From NCBI GenBank assembly GCA_964016885.1, contig OZ024743.1, positions 52,018,001-52,082,000 of the forward strand: 64,000 nucleotides of DNA, read 5' to 3'. This document shows positions 53,301-62,300 of the stretch, one piece after another. The translations under genes were made by a program, and so were the position numbers. The notes under the pieces were generated by a model. That model saw only the letters and a program-made list of their open reading frames with translations, did not search any database and was not told the origin of the DNA. This DNA is from Eledone cirrhosa (Eukaryota). Within the stretch, counting starts at the first letter, position 1. Every line of letters begins with the position of its first letter.

Positions 53301-56300
53301 AATACGTGGACAGAGACTCAGATTTTCTGGCCACTGTTGGCGCAGCAAGGCAGAAATAGCAGGTGATGTGTTGTTATGGAGTCCATCTCATGGAGCGAGA
53401 AACGCTGGTCGTCCCAAGAAGACATACGTCAAGCAACTTGAGGACGATACTGGATGCACTGCGGAAGAACTGGCAAACGCTATGAAAGACAGAGATGGAT
53501 GGAGGAAACATGTCGTAGAAAGCCGAGCAAGCTTGACTTGATGATGATGATGATGTTCAGAGCATAATTTAAAGGTTCTCACATAAAATTATGACAGGTT
53601 TTTTAGGTAACTATAAACAGTTTTGTATTATAGAATCAGGGGTTGTTCCAGACAGATGAAAAGGATTAAGAAGTTTACTTACCAAGGGGAGCAAAATTCT
53701 GTAAAATATCATTACAGTCAGTGTTAGTAGAGTTTACATTAAGTCGGTGTGCAGTAGGTAGGCGGCTGTTGTTACTGTTGTTTAAGTTCTGCATCATTGT
53801 AGAGATAAGACCTGGACTAGTGTTCACAATCTTCTGACTACAATTCACTAAATTGTTACAAATCACATCGACAGCTCCTGAAGATATATACAGTCATTAT
53901 TTAGCAAGAAATTAATGAATCATACCTTATTTCTTTGAGTATAATCCGACCCCCTGTATCTGAAGCTGAAATATGAGAATAAATTACATTACCATGTACA
54001 ATACAACCTCAGAATACAAGCATGCCTATGTAAATTGCTTTTGTAAACTTGTACCATGTTAACCATCAAAATCTCAATCTCACAAATATATTTCATTACA
54101 ATATTGTTTTTCATGATGTTAAAGTATGTAAAATAAGTGGATGTTTAGCATTTTGTGTAGAAGCAGGATTATCAACACACATGCAATCTTGTCAACTGAA
54201 ATAAGTAGTTTTGAAAATTTTAGTTTAAAATTTTTAATATTACACCCAAGAAAATACAGTTGTGGTGACAAATTTTGTTCAGGATTCCAGTTTAAGGATA
54301 TCCTTCCTTGCCACTACCAGTCTTGGAGGCCTTAAAAAGGGTCATAGGTACTGTCCTTACCTTTTTGACAAAATAGTAAAAAATATTGTTACTGGTAGTT
54401 GTATTGCAGATATTACAGTACTGTAGCATTCCCAGAAAACCAAATATATGATCCAGTTTCAATTACTTCCACTCATACCAGTTATATATCACTGTCTGGG
54501 AAAGGCATCAACATCACAGAGGCCCTGAAAAAGGGGTCTTAGGCACTGCTCTTCCCTCCTTGGCTAAACAGCTCAACTTCTAGTTCCACTCATACCAGTT
54601 ATATATCACTTCACTCACTGAGTAAAGCATCTACACCACAGCACAGAGGCCCTGAAAAGTTATCTCAGACACTGTCGTATCAGCCCTAACTAAATAGCAA
54701 AAACAATACCAAAGAAAAATTATATTTGTCCATAAAAATAATGTATAAAGGTACTCACCCATTTGAAGGAACATTTTTACAGCATTGCTGTTGTTGAGTA
54801 CTTTCAATATAAACCAGAGGAGTGGGTCAGAAAGTCGACAGAGGCTGTGTCCCTGAACATACTGTCGTCCACCACTGGACAAATATACAAACAACGACTC
54901 TAGCACAAGTTTAATGTCTGAACATTTATTGGTTAAAGTAACCAGTATTTGGTAGACGCCGTCTCCTACAGAAAGGGGTTCTCCTATTCCAAACGTATCA
55001 TACCAGCATGAAGAAGAGGCACCTATCCCGTTGCAAATGAGAGAGGCCATAGGGCTGCTGCTACAGTAGCTCAGAGTATGTATCAGGCTGGACATGATCT
55101 GCTGGTGACCAACAATGATGTCGGCCAGGTAAGTGGTGTTGTCATTGGGGTCACCAGCTGGCTGCCCATCAAGTCCACTGGAAGCAGACACGCCCTTCTC
55201 TTCAATAGTTTCTTGTTCTTTCTCATCATCTGAACGAGACAGGTTGCTGCGGAGGGGGGAAGAAGCAAATACATGACTAAGCTTAGCTGAATCAGGCATA
55301 GGGGCAGCTGTGAAGGAGGCAGACAAAGTAGGGAGGTGGTGCATACTTGAATTTTCCCCTGCTTCTGTTTGGGAAGGGTTCCGGGAATATCGAGCTGGGA
55401 GAGGTATCTGGACAAGGATGTTGACAAGTTTCACAAGGCTACACATGAATCTATCTCGGCTGGCATCACCAGTATTTGAACTGGTATCGACACCTCGAAA
55501 GAGGCTAGCAAATAAACCACCAAAGCAGAAGCGAGCGTTGATACCGTCATCTCCTGCCTTGCGACATACCACTAGCTCCTGACAGAGGATGTGTTGGTGG
55601 ACGAGAGAGCTGATGGCCTCTACCACACTGATGGCATTGCTCACGTCAACTTGTTCATACTTTAGACAAAGGACAAAATCTAAAAAACGGCATTGAGCAT
55701 CTAGAGGTCCAGAGCTGTTGTAAAAGGCTCCTCTGAGAAAGAAAAGAAAAAAGAAAATTGTTAATATCAGAATAGAGTATTTTTCTCTAAAATTTATACA
55801 CATCACAGTACTGTTCTACACACAGCAATTCATTATATACACCCACCTGCTTGCTATCAACACAGCAGTTATATAGACTCAATAAAAGTATATTTATATA
55901 TATTTACCTGTCTGCTGTTAACACATAGACCAGTTTTAGAAGAAGTTCTTTGAGGGTCATTTGTTCTGGTGCTTTCACTTCTAATCTCTGGAGGAACTCG
56001 TAGAACGCTTTGGCAGCTGAAGGGCCAACCTGGTACATTGAAAATTTGGTCATTTATTTCATTTAAAGAAGGTGCAATGACAAATATTTTTTAGAAATAT
56101 ATTGTGGAAAATTTTACAAAGAACTACCTTCAAAGTATATAATTCATATAGAAACTACCTTTAGGGGTATATGTAATTTTTATAAAACTACTTTCAGGGT
56201 ATATGTATTAAGCTGTACACGTATATATCTATATATATACACACACCAATATATATAAACAGTTTAATACATAATTTACAAAGCTACAGAAATACTGTGA

Positions 56301-59300
56301 ATATGATAGAGGGTTATAGAAGTATGATAGAAGATTATAGTTACCTGTTGGTACCTTAAAGTTAAAGCTGAAGGACCTGTATTGGTGGAGCTGGACAGAA
56401 ACCTTATTAGAACATTCATGAAATTGGGGTTGGAGAGAATAACAGAGGCCATAGGTTTCCCAACAGTCAGGTTACCGTGAGATACCCACTGGTTACAGAG
56501 GAGGGTGAGGGTCTGGAATGCCAGTACCCAGGTACGTACAGGAATGTTGGGCATGTAGGAGAGGGCTTCAAGAAGAGTGTTTACAAAGGAAGGGTTCAAC
56601 ATAATAAGAGGGGTTTTGCTTGAGTCAAATACAACAGGCTGTCCACTGCCGACTGCAGTGTCTTCATGGCTGCTGTCTTCATTGAGCATTAACCATAGTT
56701 GAAGTAAAGTGTCCAAGTGGACCTGTTGGCTCAACAGTTGAGAGGTCATGTGGTCATAACACATACAGAGCATTCCTGCAGAACTGGTTGTCTGAAACTG
56801 AATACAAAAAGAAAAATTGTATTAGAAAAGCCACAAAAGTTTATATTTCATTTTCTGATTTCAAATTTCACGAGGGTTGGAAACTATTTCATGCTTCTAG
56901 TATGTATTAGATAAACTAATTACAATAAACATAAGGGTAGTTATTTTCTGATGAGAATGTAATAATATCTGAAACCTCAACATAAGAATAATCTATGTTC
57001 TGTGTACAAAGGAATAGTTGAATGTGTACAGTTCACATTTCATTTCTTTTTCATTGGTAAGTATTCTAATTTAAAAACAGTAATTATATCTAACTAGAAT
57101 AATAATAATAATTGTTTCAAACAGACACAAGGACAGACTTATAGAAACATCCTTTTGTTCATCAAATAAAAACGCCACCTACCTGTGCAGGACTGGTGTG
57201 CTGCAATATCTCACTGAGTTCATCATCTGTGCTAGAGAACTGGAACGGTTGGAAGAAATGCCAGATTGGTGGGGCTAGGGGTAGTCGAGCATTGAATGCT
57301 CCCTGTACAGAGACCATCTGATGCGAGAGCATCACCTGAAGAAGAAGAAGAACAACAGCTAAAGCAATGGTCTACTCTACATAATATAACATTGAATACT
57401 CTCTATACAGAGATCATCTCATACTACAACACTTAAACAGCTGCAATGACAGCTTACTCTATGAAATATTGAATGTTCCCTCTACAGAGACCATCTTATA
57501 TAACAACTGTAATAGTGTCATCTATAACTACATAACATTGCTCCCTCTACAGAGACCATCTTATATAACAACTGTAATAGTGTCATCTATAACTACATAA
57601 CATTGTTCCCTCTACAGAGACTATCTTATATAACAACTGTAATAGTGTCATCTATAACTACATAACATTGTTCCCTCTACAGAGACTATCTTATATAACA
57701 ACTGTAATAGTGTCATCTATAACTACATAACATTGCTCCCTCTACAGAGACTATCTTATATAACAACTGTAATAGTGTCATCTATAACTACATAACATTG
57801 CCCCCTCTAGAGAGACCATCACCTAAACAAACAACAGATATAATGGAGGTTTACTCTACATCATAAATCAATGAATACTCCTATGCAGTCATAGTCATCA
57901 TCATTTTATGCCTCCCATGTTGGCATGGGTTGGATAGGTTGTTACAATCCAAAACTAGACCAGCTGGGGAGTACTCATTTAGCTCATACAATCTATATTT
58001 GGCATTGTTTCTACAGCTGGATGCACTTCCTAACACTAATCACAATATATTAGGTGTATTTTATCATGGCTGGCACCAGCACTACCACTTTACAGAGTGT
58101 ATTAGGTGTATTTTATCAAGGCACCAACACTACCACTTCATAGAATGTATTAGGTGTATTTTATCATGGCACCAACACTACCACTTTATAGAGTATATTA
58201 GGTGTATTGTATCATGGCACCAGCACTATCACTTTACAAAGTGTATTAGGTGTATTTTATCAAGGCACCAGCACTAAAGAGGGCACCATATTTTTGGCCA
58301 ACTATTTTACAGAGTGTATCTACCTGCCTAGTTTCTTAAGAATTAAGAACCAAAGACCATAAACTTACCCTCAAGCCAAGCTCAGCCTGAAGTTGTAAAC
58401 CAAGTTCCAATCGGAAGTCAACAGCAGCTGACAGTCCTTGAGGTCCCAGGAGTGATTTTCCATAGTCAAATTTAGATTTACATTGTTTCAATTTCTGTTT
58501 CTTTTCATCTGGGTAATAAACCCTGTCAACATAACATGAACTCTTGTTACCATAATGTACAGTGTCAACATAACAGGTAATAAACCCTGTCAACATAACA
58601 TGAACTCTTGTTACCATAATGTACAGTGTCAACATAACAGGTAATAAACCCTGTCAACATAACATGAACTCTTGTTACCATAATGTACAGTGTCAACATA
58701 ACAGGTAATAAACCCTGTCAACATAACATGAACTCTTGTTACCATAATGTAGTGTCAACATAACAGGTAATAAACCCTGTCAACATAACATGAACTCTTG
58801 TTACCATAATGTACAGTGTCAACATAACAGGTAATAAACCCTCTCAACATAACATGAACTCTTGTTACCATAATGTACAGTGTCAACATAACAGGTAATC
58901 ACTTTCTTACTATAATACGAGGGTCAGCTGAAAAGTTCATAGGCTGACTATTGAAGGATTGATGCTAGAGCTGTGAAATCTTGCATGCATTAATTTCAAC
59001 TCTTAATAACTTCATTGTTTCTTTCCAGGGACTAAGTTGAAAAATAAACCTCATTTGGTCATTTCATGAGAGTATCTTGGTCAGCCTATGAACTTTTCAG
59101 CCGACCCTCATATACTAAGTTAACATAACACAATATATTGTCAACATTACACACAATATAAAAAACAGTTAACTTTTGTTATTTTACATCCGGTTTCTAC
59201 ACTGGTATGGATTGGAAGGATTGTCACCATTGAAGACCACATAGGTTGGAATAACCTCACCCTGGTCATACTTTCCACATCTGGCATGGTTTCTATGGTT

Positions 59301-62300
59301 GGTGCTCTTCCTAATGTCAACCGCCTCACATAGTTCCACAATTAACACCTTACTGTAGGGGGGTGTATTTTATCAAGGCACCAGCACTAGAGAGGTTGTT
59401 ACATGCTAGTCCACATTAGAGGGTCCTCATATTATAATAAACTGCCAACATAACATTCTGCTAAATTGCATATGTCAAAACTTTCTAATTCAACAAAAAA
59501 AAAAAATCTTTATCAATACAAGTTCTGGTTTTCTAAGTTGTTGATCTGTTGATTTCGATGAGTTCTTCAGTTGTTTCAATCAATGGAACAGCCTGCTTGT
59601 GAAAATACCATCTAAGTGGTTGAGCATTCCAGACAAGTACAAAAGCAATCACTATGAAAATATATATTATTTACTCATATCTAAAACTAAACTTATACAG
59701 TTGTTAGAGAGATAGAAAGAGTGAATGTACTTACGAAGATAGTGCCTCTGGTGTGTTGTTGCCATCTGCTGACTGGACAGAAAGCATCTGGATTGATCCT
59801 TCATCACAATCCAATCCAGGTGGGGGCTTAGATTGAACTCCTACCATGAATTCCTGGAATTTAGCAGCAGCATCATCATCGAATTCATTCTCCTCTAATA
59901 AGAAGTCCATCAAGTTGGTCTTCGATGCCGACTCCTTTGTTTGACCAAGTTCAGATTCTAAAACATTTTCACGTTCAACACAGAAAAGACAATATGACTA
60001 ACTCATTAAAACTACAAAATTTCAAGAAATTTAAAAACTAAATTTTTTATCTATAAAACATGCAAACCTAACAATTTCCAATGTTGGTTTAAAACAGAAA
60101 AAAAGAATAGAAGCCAATCATCAGAAGAGACCAAGGAAACAATGTCTCCATTGGTCTTTCTGATGCTAATACTATTTGTTGGTCACAAATATTAGCAGAT
60201 GAAAGGAGCCAATTGTCAGATTGGACTAGTATTACTATTGCTGATACTATTTGCTGGTCACAACTCCTGGCAGAAGGAAGAGGGATTCAAACTCAGAATG
60301 CCCAAAGCTGAATCAGATACTACAAAGCATCTTGTGTAAATTTATATACTCAGTCACGCAATGTCGGTTACCTATATTGTGTGTATATATATATGGATAT
60401 AACTTTATCATATACATTGGATGCTTAGCACACAACTTAATATATATCTTAACTACCAATATGAATGCTAATAGTATGCAAATTATTATGATCATGTCAG
60501 GATACAACAATATGTGATAGGGCATATAAGACCCTTCATTGCATGTTTCCTTCTTATTTAGCTGATATATCTTCTGATGAGGAACTCAAGTAGGTTTGAA
60601 AATTGATTCAAGGTATATTTTTTCAATTTACATTTGGCATGTCCCACCCTTGCAAGCAGGGAAAAGCGGACGTATGATGATGATGATGTTTACATACCTA
60701 TATACTAAACAATGTGTAAATTTATATACAATTACTCCTATTCTGTATATATACAAATATAACAATATCTTTACCTTACTCTAGCCTTGAAATTCACAAC
60801 ACACTACCCTAGGTAGGCAAAATTTTTCTCAGTGATTAGGAGTCTATGATTTATCTACCAAAACTTGCTCTGGGCTTAAAATTCACTGCACTCTACACTG
60901 ATTAGGCAACATTTGCCCAGGGTTCAGAGCCCGAGACCAAATGTCTTGTAAACAAGTAACTAGGTTGGATTGTACAAACCTGTAGCTTCAATAGCTTCAA
61001 CTGCCATAGCATCCAATGAAGGAATTGGAAGACTTCCAGACAAAGAATCCAATTTATTAACAGCAGCAGACATATCATCATCTGTGACTCCCTCCAGTGG
61101 GTTACTGGCAGGGTAGAGACGTTCACCTGTAGAGACAGAATATACAAACATATAAAGAGGTTCCTGGGAAGAGTATCGAAAAACTGGAACATATGTAGAT
61201 GTGTAGCCCCAACCTAAGAGAACAGTAGCTCCAATTAAGTACTGAGAAACAGATAAAGGGGTTGGTGGTAGGAAGGACATACATCTGTAGAAATGACAGG
61301 GAGCAAAGAGTAAGAAAGGGTGAAAAGAAAGAGAAAAAGAGAGAAAGACATATATAGAGGGAGTGATGGGAGAGGGATAGTGAGTGCTTACCATCCAAAA
61401 TGTCTTGTAGAAAACAGCTTATTGCACGCTAAGCCCAAGTGTTCCCCCAAAAGGGAATGATAAAGGGGGGTGGAGGGGGTAGAGAGAGAGAGAGAGAGCT
61501 TACCGTCCAAAATGTCTTGTAAAAGACAAGTGATTGCATGTCCAGCCCAGGGGCCTCCCCAAGCCACAGTACCATGGTTGAAATCTTGGTTAGCTGCCAG
61601 AAGGATCAACTGCTGCAGCTGGTCTTGTGTCATTGCCTCTGACAAACAAATTGCTGGTCTTGTTGCCAGACAAATTCTTGCTAATACCTGCAGAACGGTT
61701 CAATAAGGAAACATCAATATCTGGGAAACTGATTTTTGGTACAGATAACACTTACTGTTAAAGCAGGGGTTAGCTTCACAGTCCCATGACAAGCTTTTCC
61801 ATTTTGTCCTATCATCTGCATCCTACACTCTGGCTTTCATTTCCTTTTCCATCATCTTTGATGTTACTCTTCCCCTACATTCATTTTCATCACACCTCTC
61901 ACGTTCCTCAGCATATAACCCAACTATCTCATTCCATTCCCGTTTTCAACATTAATCACTGATTCCATTCCCATCATCCTCTCAACAATACTTCACTCAG
62001 CCACCTCATCATTCTCATTTCTGTTCTTTCCAGCCTTCTTTGCTACTTCAGGTTCATCATCCATGTCTCATTCCTATAAATCATGCTACTTCACACAAAT
62101 GTAGCATACACTTTTCTATTCAGTTTCAGTGACACTCTCCACCTCAGTAGCACATCACTCAATTCCCAGAACCACTTCCATGCATCTCACACTAAATACT
62201 GTTGCAATACTGTAGATCCATGATCTCCATTCAACATATCTCCTAACTAACAAAACGTTTTCACAGGCATCTTCACACCATTTCCAAGATTTAGCTCAAC

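Noticed and set aside
59535-59580. - strand CUGAAGA...GAAA hammerhead-like string
   Set aside because: Neither stem I nor stem II can pair.
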